From contig OZ244561.1 of assembly GCA_965217585.1 (NCBI GenBank), forward strand, positions 4,544,001 to 4,608,000: a stretch of 64,000 nucleotides of DNA, read 5' to 3'. Position 1 is the stretch's first letter, and the number at the start of each line of letters is the position of its first letter. This document shows positions 39,112 to 49,700 of the stretch, piece by piece. The position numbers were made by a program, and so were the translations under genes. Under the pieces are notes generated by a model. That model had not been told where the DNA came from, ran no database searches, and saw only the letters and a program-made list of their open reading frames with translations. This stretch comes from Candidatus Latescibacterota bacterium (GTDB lineage Bacteria; Latescibacterota; UBA2968; UBA8231).

Positions 39112-40138
39112 ACATCCTCTCCTCTTGGGTGTCGATTAAAATTTTGACCGCATCGGTGCCCGCTGCCAGCCGGGCAAAGGCGTCGGGTAGCGCGTCTAAG
39201 GGAAGGTGCTCGGTAATCAGTTCGTTGAGCGGCAGCGCGCCGCTGGCCGCTAGCTCGATGGCGCGGTCGTAGTCCTCGGGTTCGTACACGCGCACGCCGC
39301 ACATTTTCAGCTCGCGCCAGAAGAACTGAAAGAGATCGACTTTAGGAGCGTCAGCGAAAATCGCCACTACCACGATCCGTCCCCGGACCTTGGCGAGCTT
39401 AGTCATCACCTCGGCCCCGGCCGACGAGCCGGAGACCTCGAAGACTGCGTCGGCTCCCGCGCCCTCGGTCCAGGCTTCGACGTAGGCGACCAAGTCCTCC
39501 TCCTGCGGATGAACGGTTTCCAACCCCAGCGCGTGCGCCGCCTGCAGCCGAAAGGCATTGACCTCGGCCACTCGCACCTCGGCCCCTGCGTGCTGTGCCA
39601 CCAGCGCATTGAGCAGGCCGATCGGGCCACCGCCGATCACCACCACCTTCTCGCCCGGCACCACCTCGCCCAAGCGCACGTCGTGGCAGGCGACCGCTAG
39701 CGGCTCGACTAGGGCACCCAGCGTCAGCGGCATGTCGTCCGGCAGGCGATGCAACGTGTGGGCCGGCACCGTCCACGATCCCTGAAAGGCCCCCGGACTG
39801 TCGATGCCGATGAAGTTTAGGTGCTGGCAGATATGGCCATTGCCGGCGTTGCAGGCCGCGCACACGCCACAAGCCTCTAAGGGGCGCACTACGACCGGAT
39901 CGCCCACGGCCCAACCTTCGACACCGGTCCCGACTTCCGCGATCCGCCCCGACATCTCGTGCCCAATGACTTGGGGCATGTCGATCCGGCGGTCCTGATG
40001 GCCGAGGTAAATGTGAATATCCGTGCCGCATACCCCGCAATAGGCCACCTCGATCCGCACCTGACCGGCGCTAGGGGATTGTACTCGGCACTCGCCGATT
40101 TCGACCGTGCGGTCGCCGCAGTAGTAGGCCGCCTTCAT
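39104..40138 (-). CDS. Zn-dependent alcohol/sugar dehydrogenase
   Basis: CGVCGTD, GHE, CGVCAAC, GGGPIG. Confidence 0.92.
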   Translation of the reverse strand: MKAAYYCGDRTVEIGECRVQSPSAGQVRIEVAYCGVCGTDIHIYLGHQDRRIDMPQVIGHEMSGRIAEVGTGVEGWAVGDPVVVRPLEACGVCAACNAGNGHICQHLNFIGIDSPGAFQGSWTVPAHTLHRLPDDMPLTLGALVEPLAVACHDVRLGEVVPGEKVVVIGGGPIGLLNALVAQHAGAEVRVAEVNAFRLQAAHALGLETVHPQEEDLVAYVEAWTEGAGADAVFEVSGSSAGAEVMTKLAKVRGRIVVVAIFADAPKVDLFQFFWRELKMCGVRVYEPEDYDRAIELAASGALPLNELITEHLPLDALPDAFARLAAGTDAVKILIDTQEERMYD

Positions 40139-42033
40139 CGCAAATGCCAGTCCGCGTCTTCAAGCGCTTCGTAGATTACGCCGCCTTCCACCTGCGCGGG
40201 CATGGGGATGCCGAGCAAGTAGCACAGCGTCGGTGCGACGTCCACCGCCCGCACCTGCCGACTGAGCGCCAGCCCTTGCTTCACACCGGCACCGGCTAGT
40301 ACGAACGTGCAGTGTTGCCCGCCGATACCGAGGGTGGCCGAGGGAAGTTGCTTGCCGTGCGCTCCGTCGTATTCGGGCCGCAGCGCATAGACCACGTCGC
40401 CGACGAGTTCACCCGACAGATTGACCATTTCCGCGTCTTCCCTGGTCAGCGCGAGGGCAAAAGGACAGCGCTCGGTCTGCGGATGGCTATAGGCGTGGAG
40501 GGCTTCGATGAGGTCGAGCCGCGTCTGCTCGTAGGCGTTTGGCTCGACGATCCCCGTAGGCTCGCGTCCCTTGAGATTGATGAAGATGTGTACCAGCCCC
40601 ACATTGGCCGCCAGCGTCCGCTGCCAGTCGATATGTTTTTTCTCTGCGTCTGCATAGACCAAAAAGCCCGCCTGTTCCAGCACCTCGGAGATATCGACCG
40701 GCTGGTGCTGGTTGGGGGTGCCGCCGTGGTCGGAGACGACCGCGACGACGGTGTCGTCGTCGGCCAGCTCGACTAGGCGGCCGATCATGCGATCGATGGA
40801 GGCGTAGGTCTGGGCCACGCCCGCTTGGCAGCGCGCCAGCGTGTGCGGGTCGGCCCCGCTGCACTCGTCGGCCTGCGACAAGAAGAAATGGCTGGTGTAA
40901 TCCGAGGCGTGGGTTTCGATGAACAGCACGTCCCAGTCGTTGCTCTCCGTCAGGTAGTCAGCCACATCGGCTAACCGCTGGTGGTGGAAGTCCAATAGCT
41001 CGAAATAGGTCTCGTCATCGACTACGCCCAAAGCGTCGCGCCCTGGATTCTGCAGGAAGTTGCCGACATGTTCGTCGATCTGCTGCGCCACTTCCTCCGG
41101 CTGGGTGTAGCCGGTCGCCGGCCAGACCTGCGGCACAAAAAGCTCGAAGACATCGCCTGCTGCGCTCAGGCTGACGAGCTTCATGCGCAGGTAGCCGTCG
41201 AGCGCTTGGCCGTCGATTTCAAAGCCGTCCTTCCACCACTCAGTCCACTGGCCCACGGCCAGCTCGGCGACCCGCTCGCTCGCATCGCGGCTGCGGCAGA
41301 TTAGCAGCCGGTCATAGCCCTTGTCGGCCGAGGCGTATATCAGGCCGTAGAAATGCTTAGGCGGCCCCCCTCGGCCTGGGTGCATATCCGATCGCCCGCG
41401 CTTGAGCGGTTCGATGACTAGCTCCACTTCTTTTGGCGGTAGCGCGGATGCGGGCGTAGCTTGCCACCCCTCGGCCGGGACGATCTCCACCGGATCGACG
41501 CTGCGCACCTTTTGCAGGGCGCTCGGGTCCAAGGTCTCTGGATCGCGCGGTCCGCCGATCGGCCGGGGCGTCCAGCCGCCGCCGACAAAGAGATGGTATC
41601 CGGTGATCTGATGGACATTGGACACGCCCGGCCCGGTGCCCTCGACTTGGATGCCGGTTTGCACGGTCGGTGGCCACGACATCTCCCACTTGACCAAGAT
41701 TGGCTTTTTGCCGACCCGCTCGACCGTGTTCCACAAGTACTCGGCCTGCGAGAGCTGGGTGTTGATCCCCCACACGGTCTCGTCGAGACGCCCACCGAGC
41801 TTGCGGATATTGAAGTCCATTACCTGATGGGTTCCCGGCCAAGCCCCGGTCGAAGTCGCCGTCCAGCCGGGTGGAGTCAGGGTTGGAAAGACGCCGATCA
41901 TGGGCCGTTTGACGCCCTGCGCCATGAGCTGACCCAAGTGGGGCATGTGACCTTGATCCACCATGTGTTGTACTAGCTCCATGGCGGCACCATCCATGCC
42001 GATGACAATGGCTTTTTGTGCCGGACTCTGCAT
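40135..42033 (-). CDS. Alkaline phosphatase superfamily (nucleotide pyrophosphatase/phosphodiesterase-like)
   Basis: IGMDGA, PTLTPPGW, SDHG, VDVAPT. Confidence 0.88.
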   Translation of the reverse strand: MQSPAQKAIVIGMDGAAMELVQHMVDQGHMPHLGQLMAQGVKRPMIGVFPTLTPPGWTATSTGAWPGTHQVMDFNIRKLGGRLDETVWGINTQLSQAEYLWNTVERVGKKPILVKWEMSWPPTVQTGIQVEGTGPGVSNVHQITGYHLFVGGGWTPRPIGGPRDPETLDPSALQKVRSVDPVEIVPAEGWQATPASALPPKEVELVIEPLKRGRSDMHPGRGGPPKHFYGLIYASADKGYDRLLICRSRDASERVAELAVGQWTEWWKDGFEIDGQALDGYLRMKLVSLSAAGDVFELFVPQVWPATGYTQPEEVAQQIDEHVGNFLQNPGRDALGVVDDETYFELLDFHHQRLADVADYLTESNDWDVLFIETHASDYTSHFFLSQADECSGADPHTLARCQAGVAQTYASIDRMIGRLVELADDDTVVAVVSDHGGTPNQHQPVDISEVLEQAGFLVYADAEKKHIDWQRTLAANVGLVHIFINLKGREPTGIVEPNAYEQTRLDLIEALHAYSHPQTERCPFALALTREDAEMVNLSGELVGDVVYALRPEYDGAHGKQLPSATLGIGGQHCTFVLAGAGVKQGLALSRQVRAVDVAPTLCYLLGIPMPAQVEGGVIYEALEDADWHLR

Positions 42034-42047
42034 AGTGTTCTCCTGTG

Positions 42048-43523
42048 TTAGATTCCCAAGCGTTCGTATTGCTCCGGCGGAGCTTCACACGCTTCCATCT
42101 GCCCGCGCAACAGCCCCTGCATGCGCTGCTCTAGCGCCGCGTCGGTGAGCGGGGTCTCCTGTTGCGGGTCTTGCTCCAAGTCGAAAAGCAGGGTCCCGTA
42201 CTCGTGCTGCTTGCTCCGCGTGTGTCCTTGCGTCCGCAGCAGCCGACAGCCCTTGCTGAAACCAAACGGCTCGGCTAGCTCCACGCCGGCAAATTCATCG
42301 ACGGCGAATGGGTCGCGCATGTGCGTGGGCATGAGCGTGTAGTTGTACAGGGGCTGGTTGTCGGGCCGGGTGGGCGCGCGCATATACACGTAGCGGCCGT
42401 CGGTGACGTTCACCTGCCCGCCGTGATTGCCGAAAATCGCGGCCTCGCGCACGGGTGCGTCGCTGGCGCAAACTTCGCGCAGGCTCTGGCCGAGCATGTC
42501 CGCGGTCGGCTCTATCCCAAAGAGGTCCAGCAAGGTCGGCCCCAAGTCGATCGACGGTTGCACCAAGCTCTGCCGCCGCTGGCCCGCTTGGCCACAGCGG
42601 GGATCCCAGACGAAGAACGGCGTGTTGGACAGCTCGCGGTACCAAGGCATCTGAATCTTGGCCCACAGGTCGTGCTCGCTGAGCAGGAAGCCGTGGTCGG
42701 TCCACACGATGAGCATGGTGTCGTCCCACAGCGCGAGGCGGTCCATTTCGTCGAGGATGTCGCCGAGGCGGGCGTCGCACATGCTCAGCAGCGATGCGTA
42801 GTGGCCCCGGCATTGATCGACGAGTGCTTGCTCTTCGGTCACGGGGCCGTAGGTCGGCCAGTCGAACAGCCGGGACGAGCGGTTTTTAAAAAGCTCTGGG
42901 TAGAGGTCTTGGTATTGGCGCTGGGTGAAAAACGGCTCGTGCGGGTCAAAGGTCTCGATTTGCAAAAACCAGTCGTCTTCCGCGTGGTTGCGGCGGATGA
43001 ACTCGACGCCGGCCTTGAAGGTCTGGGTTTGGGGCTGGTCTTCCTCGCGGCGCATGTATTGCCGGTTGACGCGGTCTTGACGATGCCACATGCTGCGGCC
43101 CGCATTGCTCGCATGCCCTTCTACGGGCGGCGGGTCGGCCACCTGCCCGATCCACGGATCGCCCTCTTGGCCGCGGAAGAACTGCCAAGTGCTGTACTGG
43201 GTGTGGTAGGTGGCACCGCCGGCCTCCCAGTAGTGGTAGTGGTCGCTGATGAGGTGCGACGAGACTCCGGCGTCGCGCAGCATTCGTGGCGTGGAGTCGT
43301 CGAAAGGCTCCAGCGGCCCCCAAGAGCGGTGGAGAAAGTTGGGCCGCCCGGTGTGCAAATCGCGGCGGGCTGGCATACACGGCATGGAGCAGACGTAGCT
43401 GGTATCGAATGTCAGCGTCCGCTCGGCGAGCCGCTGGAAATTGGGCGCGTGCGTCCAATCGCAGCCGTAGGGCGGCAACATGTGCCGGTTGAGCGAGTCG
43501 AACATGACCATAATTACCTTCAT
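42048..43523 (-). CDS. Sulfatase
   Basis: DSLNR, CMPARR, FDPHEPF, TDHG. Confidence 0.93.
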   Translation of the reverse strand: MKVIMVMFDSLNRHMLPPYGCDWTHAPNFQRLAERTLTFDTSYVCSMPCMPARRDLHTGRPNFLHRSWGPLEPFDDSTPRMLRDAGVSSHLISDHYHYWEAGGATYHTQYSTWQFFRGQEGDPWIGQVADPPPVEGHASNAGRSMWHRQDRVNRQYMRREEDQPQTQTFKAGVEFIRRNHAEDDWFLQIETFDPHEPFFTQRQYQDLYPELFKNRSSRLFDWPTYGPVTEEQALVDQCRGHYASLLSMCDARLGDILDEMDRLALWDDTMLIVWTDHGFLLSEHDLWAKIQMPWYRELSNTPFFVWDPRCGQAGQRRQSLVQPSIDLGPTLLDLFGIEPTADMLGQSLREVCASDAPVREAAIFGNHGGQVNVTDGRYVYMRAPTRPDNQPLYNYTLMPTHMRDPFAVDEFAGVELAEPFGFSKGCRLLRTQGHTRSKQHEYGTLLFDLEQDPQQETPLTDAALEQRMQGLLRGQMEACEAPPEQYERLGI

Positions 43524-44569
43524 ACATTCACCTCGTGTAGAAGTTGGAGAGCCTGCTGCCCGCGCTCGGATTCAGGATCGCGCCGCGCAATGCGCCGCAA
43601 TTGGTACAAGGCCCGCTGGTCGCCGTCCCGCGCTAAGGACAGGGCCTCGGCAAACCCTCGATCCCCCCAGCGGGACACCTGCGGCACTACCTCTAGGTCT
43701 AGATCCTGCCAATAGTACTGCAATGCTTCGCTTTGCCAGCCCGTGTAGCAGGTTTCCCAGTTAAAGCCGGTGACTCCCGTCAGGTGCGGCTCCAGCATGT
43801 GCCGCGCAATCGGCTCGTCCCGTGCCTGATAGCGGTTGTCGAGCGAAATGCGCAGGCGATCTTCGGTGTAATTGGGCAGGGCTTGGTGGACGGTTAGGCT
43901 CGGAAAGATCAGCGCGTCTCCGGCTTCGTAATTCGCGCTGAGCCAGTGCCCGGCCAGCTCGGATTCGTCCACGGCCAAGCCGCCGGCCCCCAACGAGAAG
44001 TGGTGCTCCCGCACCTCGCCGATTTTGTGCGACCCTGGCAGCACCGCCAAGCCTCCTAACTCCAGCGGGCAATCGCCCACAGGCGCCCAGAAGGTATAGG
44101 TGTTGAAACTGCCTTGGAAGTGGACGAAGTCTTGGTGCATGGGCGTGGTGTGCTCTGTGTATTGGGGAAACCACAGCCGGGCGATCTTCTGGGGATGCGG
44201 CAGCACCGGGCCACCGACGACTTGCTCCATCACGGCTAGGACCTCCGGCCAATGCCCGGCTTGGTGAAAGGCCTCCAAGCGGTACACTCGGTGATACACC
44301 TCGGCGTATTCGGGATCGCCTTCGGTACACTGCGTGCCGATCTGCGCAATACCTTCCATGGGATCCGTGCCAGCGACCAACCACCCGGCTTCCAGCAACA
44401 CTTCCGCCATCTCTTGCCGCAGGGATAGCAGCTTGTCTTTGGCCATGATCTGCCGCAAAAAGATGTACCCTTGTTCGTCCAAGCGCCGCCGCAGCTCGGC
44501 GCTGTCTCCGAGGGCATCGTTGGCTTCTTGCATCAGGCCGACTGCACTCGCGTTTTTTTCTCTCATCAT
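43520..44569 (-). CDS. Phytanoyl-CoA dioxygenase (PhyH) family
   Basis: TPMHQD, PGSHK, VHQALPN, RISLDNRY. Confidence 0.88.
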   Translation of the reverse strand: MMREKNASAVGLMQEANDALGDSAELRRRLDEQGYIFLRQIMAKDKLLSLRQEMAEVLLEAGWLVAGTDPMEGIAQIGTQCTEGDPEYAEVYHRVYRLEAFHQAGHWPEVLAVMEQVVGGPVLPHPQKIARLWFPQYTEHTTPMHQDFVHFQGSFNTYTFWAPVGDCPLELGGLAVLPGSHKIGEVREHHFSLGAGGLAVDESELAGHWLSANYEAGDALIFPSLTVHQALPNYTEDRLRISLDNRYQARDEPIARHMLEPHLTGVTGFNWETCYTGWQSEALQYYWQDLDLEVVPQVSRWGDRGFAEALSLARDGDQRALYQLRRIARRDPESERGQQALQLLHEVNV

Positions 44570-44587
44570 GCTTGTCCTTGCACGGGG

Positions 44588-45400
44588 TTAGCTGGCCGCT
44601 GCCTCCATCTCGTTGTCCCGAAATCCGGCCACGACGATGTTGTTGTTGCGCTCCAGCACGTTGTCTCGGTCGATGCGATGCGGGTTGTCCTCAGCTCGTC
44701 CCACTGGCCGCAGCGCCGTGCTATGATAGCCAAAGCGCACGGACTTGCGCCAAGAATCCGTGCGGTTGCAATCCGACCAGTGGATTGTCTGGTAGCTGAA
44801 GAAGATCATGTCGCCGCGCTGCGCCGGCACGGAGACGCTGTCGAGGCGATCGGGATGGAATCGCTCCGGCGGCAGATGCGGGGCTGTATCTGGCCCCAGC
44901 ACGTGCTCCAGCGGCCCTTGCTTGTGGCTGCCCGGCACGACCATCAGCGCACCGCTCTCCAGCGGTGTGTCGTCTAAGTGCAACAAGCAGTCGACGAAAT
45001 CCGGCCCGTCGTGCGGGTAGAACGGATAGTCTTGGTGCATGGGGAAGGGCGTACCTTTTTCCGGCGGCTTGGCGTGCAGGACCGTGTGGTGCCACTGCAC
45101 TGGGTCGTCGATGAGCTGCCGCACGCAGGTGATCATGGCCTCGTGGAAGAGGACTCGGCCCCAAGCGGCCGAGTAAAAGTGCGGGTTGTGCATGAAGACC
45201 GCCCGCGTGTTGAGGCGGTCTTCTTCTTCGAGGTAGCGATCGCGCCAGGGGCCGACCCAGCCGATGGACTCCTGTCCCCATTGTTCGATCACTCGCACCA
45301 TCTCCGAGGCCAGCTCTGCGGTTTCCTCTGGCGTGAAGAGCTGGGGGACCTTGAGGTAGCCCTGTTCGCGGTATTGCGCTATCTGTTCCTTGCTTAGCAT
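44588..45400 (-). CDS. Phytanoyl-CoA dioxygenase (PhyH) family
   Basis: FPMHQD, PGSHK, IHWSDCN. Confidence 0.9.
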   Translation of the reverse strand: MLSKEQIAQYREQGYLKVPQLFTPEETAELASEMVRVIEQWGQESIGWVGPWRDRYLEEEDRLNTRAVFMHNPHFYSAAWGRVLFHEAMITCVRQLIDDPVQWHHTVLHAKPPEKGTPFPMHQDYPFYPHDGPDFVDCLLHLDDTPLESGALMVVPGSHKQGPLEHVLGPDTAPHLPPERFHPDRLDSVSVPAQRGDMIFFSYQTIHWSDCNRTDSWRKSVRFGYHSTALRPVGRAEDNPHRIDRDNVLERNNNIVVAGFRDNEMEAAAS

Positions 45401-45429
45401 GTCTAGCTCCTTTGGGAAAGTTCAGTGAT

Positions 45430-45451
45430 ATCGGCTCCCGCTCTTCGCCGA
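45430..45451 (-). repeat. 22-bp copy of a near-3' segment of the LRR/peptidase gene (46804-46825)
   Basis: ATCGGCTCCCGCT[C/G]TTCGCCGA, 21/22 identical. Confidence 0.8.
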
Positions 45452-45467
45452 TTTCACAAGTATCGCG

Positions 45468-46322
45468 CTATTCTGCCGTTGATTCATCCGGTTTCGTGGA
45501 CGAATTCTGTTGACCTATTTCGGGGCCAAGCTCCTCCTCTTCCGTTGCCGTCAGCGCACGGATGCGGGCGATGATCGCCTCGACGGTCTCGGTCACCGCC
45601 GCGAGCAACTCAAAGCGGTCGTCCATGACCACCTCCGCGCCGGCATAGCGGTAGCGCACCGCATACTCGGTCAGCCACGCCAGTCGCTCGCCAGCCGAGG
45701 TGTCGCTTTCGGCCGGATGCTGGCGCACAATCGCCATCAAATCCGCCAAGTCGTGGGTGTTGCGATAGTCGGCGTCGAGCGCGGAAATCCAGCCTTTCAG
45801 CGCATTTTCAAGGGCCTGCTGCGCGGTAAACCCAATCAGTTCTTGCGAAGACCGGGGGTTTTCTGTGAGAACTTCCAAATCGTTGAGGTAGCGCTCGGCA
45901 TTGGCAATGCGCTGCCGTATGTCGGGCCAGTTGGTCGGTTCCGGGTTGTCGTAGGTCACTTTGTCTCCATTCGCGTCAAAGCCATCGCGGACGGCTTGGC
46001 CAGCCACGTGGTTGCGCGCCCGACGACCATCGCGGAAGGCCCTTTCGCTCATGCGGACCAAATCGACGCTGATCGAATCGCCGTATAGTTCCTCGACTTT
46101 GCGATGAGCTGCCGCGCTGGTGCGTTGGTACGTCTGCTGGTCCACCGGGCCGGAGCCGGTGATGATGAGCAGGTCAATGTCCGAATCTGGGGTAAAATCG
46201 CCCCGAGCGCGGGAGCCGAACAGGATGACCTTGTCCGGGTGGACTGCCTCGCCAACGGCGCGCGCGACGGCGCAGGCTCTCAGGTCGGGAGGCCGATGAG
46301 TTGAGGGCTTTGGCATGGTCAA
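45468..46322 (-). CDS. Nucleotidyltransferase (MNT)-HEPN fusion protein
   Basis: ILFGSRARGD...SDIDLL, then AQQALENALKG...THDL...YAVRYRY. Confidence 0.88.
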   Translation of the reverse strand: MTMPKPSTHRPPDLRACAVARAVGEAVHPDKVILFGSRARGDFTPDSDIDLLIITGSGPVDQQTYQRTSAAAHRKVEELYGDSISVDLVRMSERAFRDGRRARNHVAGQAVRDGFDANGDKVTYDNPEPTNWPDIRQRIANAERYLNDLEVLTENPRSSQELIGFTAQQALENALKGWISALDADYRNTHDLADLMAIVRQHPAESDTSAGERLAWLTEYAVRYRYAGAEVVMDDRFELLAAVTETVEAIIARIRALTATEEEELGPEIGQQNSSTKPDESTAE

Positions 46323-46331
46323 CTTTTAGTT

Positions 46332-46355
46332 TCACCTGTGCAGGGTGCGGATGAT
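46332..46355 (-). repeat. 24-bp exact copy of the LRR/peptidase gene 3' end (46755-46778)
   Basis: TCACCTGTGCAGGGTGCGGATGAT; reads IIRTLHR-stop on the minus strand. Confidence 0.9.
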
Positions 46356-46692
46356 GTATCTTCGTCCGTATCTTTCCATATCCACAGGGTTATGAACGCC
46401 ACACATGCTAGCGCAATAAGCAGAACAAGCATGTTCTGCTGGGGCGGTCCATGCGAAAATATAGATAAATCCCAGCAGATACCACACTGCATCCATCTCA
46501 ATAATATGCCTGCTTTGCAAATCGGGCGAGGGCTTGTATCTGCCGGTGCGCAAGCGGCTTGGGTTACGTCGGATGCGGAAGATCAGTACACGCACCCAGA
46601 GTAAGACAGTGTCCTGCGTCGGCTTTCGCCCCGAGCTAGAAAAGGCGCTCGGCATCGACTGAACATGTGGCGACTACGTGGCCTCGGTTGCA

Positions 46693-46735
46693 CCCCCCGT
46701 TATGCTGTCCAAGTAGCGGGGGGCTTTTTTATTTT
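46693..46735 (+). terminator. Rho-independent terminator
   Basis: CCCCCCGTTAT...GTAGCGGGGGG stem followed by a T tract. Confidence 0.6.
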
Positions 46736-46754
46736 AACTTCACCGGATTGAGCG

Positions 46755-49700
46755 TCACCTGTGCAGGGTGCGGATGATATTCCCCTGCTCATCCACCACA
46801 TAGATCGGCTCCCGCTGTTCGCCGACGCCGCACGAAAACTCTGGCTGTGCATGAGTAGATGGAGCCGCGATCTTCGCACTGGCCTTTGCGGCGACACTGG
46901 GCAGGGTATATGGGTCGGCCTGTGTGACATCGACACTGTAGCCGAGATCGGCTAGGGCCTGAATCGTGATCGCGCTCAGCGTCCCCCTTCCGCCACTCGG
47001 AGTCATGAGTTCGCCCCCGACCCCGAACACGGAATCCCTCCAGTGCGCCCCATCCATCTTCTGCATCGGTACCTTTTTGCCCGCGTAGTCCCGTCCGCCC
47101 GCGTCGTTAAATGCGGCAATCGCCAGAGGACCGTTGAAGTGCGGGTCGCCATTCGGGTCTTGAAGGAAGCCAAGATCGTAGAATATTGACCCGATCCCCA
47201 GCACGTGTCCTATCTCGTGAAGTCCTGTCCCCACAAAACTATAACTATCAATATGTTTCAAGTTGAACCCCATGCATCCTAAGACGGTCTGCGAGGAAGT
47301 CCTGCGCAACACGCGTGGGCTAGCCCACCCTGCTGCTGTGTCTTCATAGCCGTCGTAGCTGGTTATATAGATCCGTAGGTCGTCTATTCGCTCCCCAGAA
47401 GGGATCGCATACGAATGATCGCCGCACTCCCCCGACCAACCCTGAGTAAATGTATAGTCCGGCAAGTCCTCTCTAATAATCGACATCCAGCGCCGGGCCG
47501 CGTATTGGAGCACCCTCTTCTGACGTTGAGTGAAATCGGCGAGAAAAACCAGTTCGATGTCGAAGTCGCTCTCGCGGAACGAGTCAAAGAATACCGTAAC
47601 CCCGCTCCTTTCAAGGGCAGGAATATGATCGTTGATGGAGGAGGATCTCAGGGGGTTTCCCCTAAGCTCCAGCTCTGTCAGCTTGGTCAAGCCCCGAAGC
47701 GCCGAGATGTCCGTAATGTTGTTAAAATTAAGCTCCAGCCCTGTCAGGTTGGTCAAGCCCGAAAGCGACGATACATCCGTAATGTTGTTAAAATTAAGCT
47801 TCAGCCCTGTCAGGTTGGTCAAGCCCCGAAGCGCCGAGATGTCCGTAATGTTGGTGCTGCTAAGCTCCAGCCCTGTCAGGTTGGTCAAGCCCCGAAGCGC
47901 CGAGATGTCCGTAATGTTGGTGCTGCTAAGCTCCAGCCCTGTCAGGTTGGTCAAGCCCCGAAGCGCCGAGATGTCCGTAATGTTGGTGCCCCCCCCAAGA
48001 TACAGGACTTCCAGGTTGGTCAAGCGTCTCAGTGCCGAAATGCTCTTGATCTGGTTGCCGGAAAGCGTCAGCCATGTCAGGTTGGTCAAATCCGAAAGTG
48101 CCGAAATGCTCTTGATCTGGTTGCGGGAAAGCCCCAGGGATGTCAGGTTGGTCAAATCCGAAAGTGCCGAGACGTCCGTGATCCTGTTGTTATCAAGCCC
48201 CAGCCATGTCAGGTTTATTAAGCCCGAAAGCGCCGATATATTCGTGATGTTGTTAACGCCAAGTTCCAACCGTGTCAGGTTGGTAGCGAACTCCAACCCG
48301 GTCAAATCGCTAATGTCCGCACTCCGCGCGTCCAAGCGGCGCAATCTCGTCATGTCACCCTTGGTAATCGTCGCACCGCTCGCCTTGCTCAGCGCCGCCT
48401 CAATCGCCGCCCGCAGGTTGGCGTCGGGAATGGTCGCGGGACTCGATTCAGACCAGACCCTCACGGCCCTTGAACTGGAGCAGTTGTTATCGGTATTGGA
48501 TTCCCCGGCTACCGATGTCACACAGGCCCCATATAATAGATGCCCTCACTCAACGGGGTGGTCAGGCGGATAACTTTGTCACTGGTGCCGGCCGCCGCCA
48601 GAGCGTCCACCGCGTCCGTGTCCACTTCCGTATCCCGGGTAGAAATCGTCTCGTCGGTCGAGCGGTAGTAACGCAGCGTCGTTGCAGCGGCTTGACTGTC
48701 CCCTTGGTTGCGGACGGTCACCAGCAGAGTGAAGTGCTCCCCCGGAGACACGAAAGTCGACCCTATCTTCAAAGGCGGCTCGACCACCAAGTCCGGCCCC
48801 CCTTGGCTGGACGTACTATCCGTTTCCGCTTGTTGTCCATCTTGATGGTCTGGCAACGTCGTAAAATTCGGCCCGAAGACCCATTCAGAGGGGCCATCGC
48901 TATTCTCGGCTCTGGCGGCCCAGCGATACTCTGTATTCGGCTCAAGATCGTAGATCGTGTTGTATAGCCTCACGCCTTTATGCGGTTCGTTGGTCCACCT
49001 ACCACCGACGGCCCGCTTGTAGTTGACATCATAGTCGGTGGCCCCCTCAGCCGCATCCCAGCGCACCCGGCAGGACGAATCGGTCACCGCCTCAAAGCGC
49101 AGATTGGTCGGCGCAGGCGGCGCTTCGAGGGCCGCCTGTGCCTTCCCGCTGGGACCGGGGCCCTCTTCTTCGTCGTTGAGCGAGTCGAACAGATCGCAAA
49201 AGGCACAGTCGTCGTCCGTAGCCTTGCCCGCCGAATGCGGTCCCACCGACACCACCAACTCCACCGGAGCCATGCCCGCCTCGACCCGAAAGGCCGAATC
49301 CACATAGGGAACCAACCCGCTGCCCGAAACGATCAACCCATATACCTGGGATTCCGCTCTATCAGACCCGCCACCAGACACACCCGACAAAACAGAAGCA
49401 GCCCCCGCCGCCGAGACACCCGCTTGCCCATCAACCAGCACCATCCGTCCCGTCTGGCTCTCCACCCCCACCGTCATCCGGTAGATATACACCCCCGCCC
49501 CTACCGCCCGACCAGACGCATCCGTAGCGTGCCAAGTCGCGGTATGAAAACCGGCCGGACGCTCCCCATCCACCAACGTCGCAATGCGCTGCCCCAACAG
49601 GTTAAACACCTCTAGGCGCACCTCGGACAAAGCCGCCAGTTGATAGGGAATGATCGTCGAGGGATTGAATGGATTGGGGTAATTCTGACCCAACGCGAAC

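Noticed and set aside
42321-43715. Long antisense ORF (464 aa) and similar shadow ORFs across the window
   Set aside because: Expected by-products of high GC3 codon bias opposite well-supported genes
46319-46735. Type I toxin-antitoxin (small hydrophobic ORF plus antisense terminator)
   Set aside because: The 60-aa ORF has no clear RBS, runs into the repeat, and the region looks like a gene fragment
47677-48290. 66-bp tandem repeats as CRISPR or DGR template/variable repeats
   Set aside because: They encode LRR units in frame, have no spacers, differences are not adenine-specific, and there is no reverse transcriptase in the window
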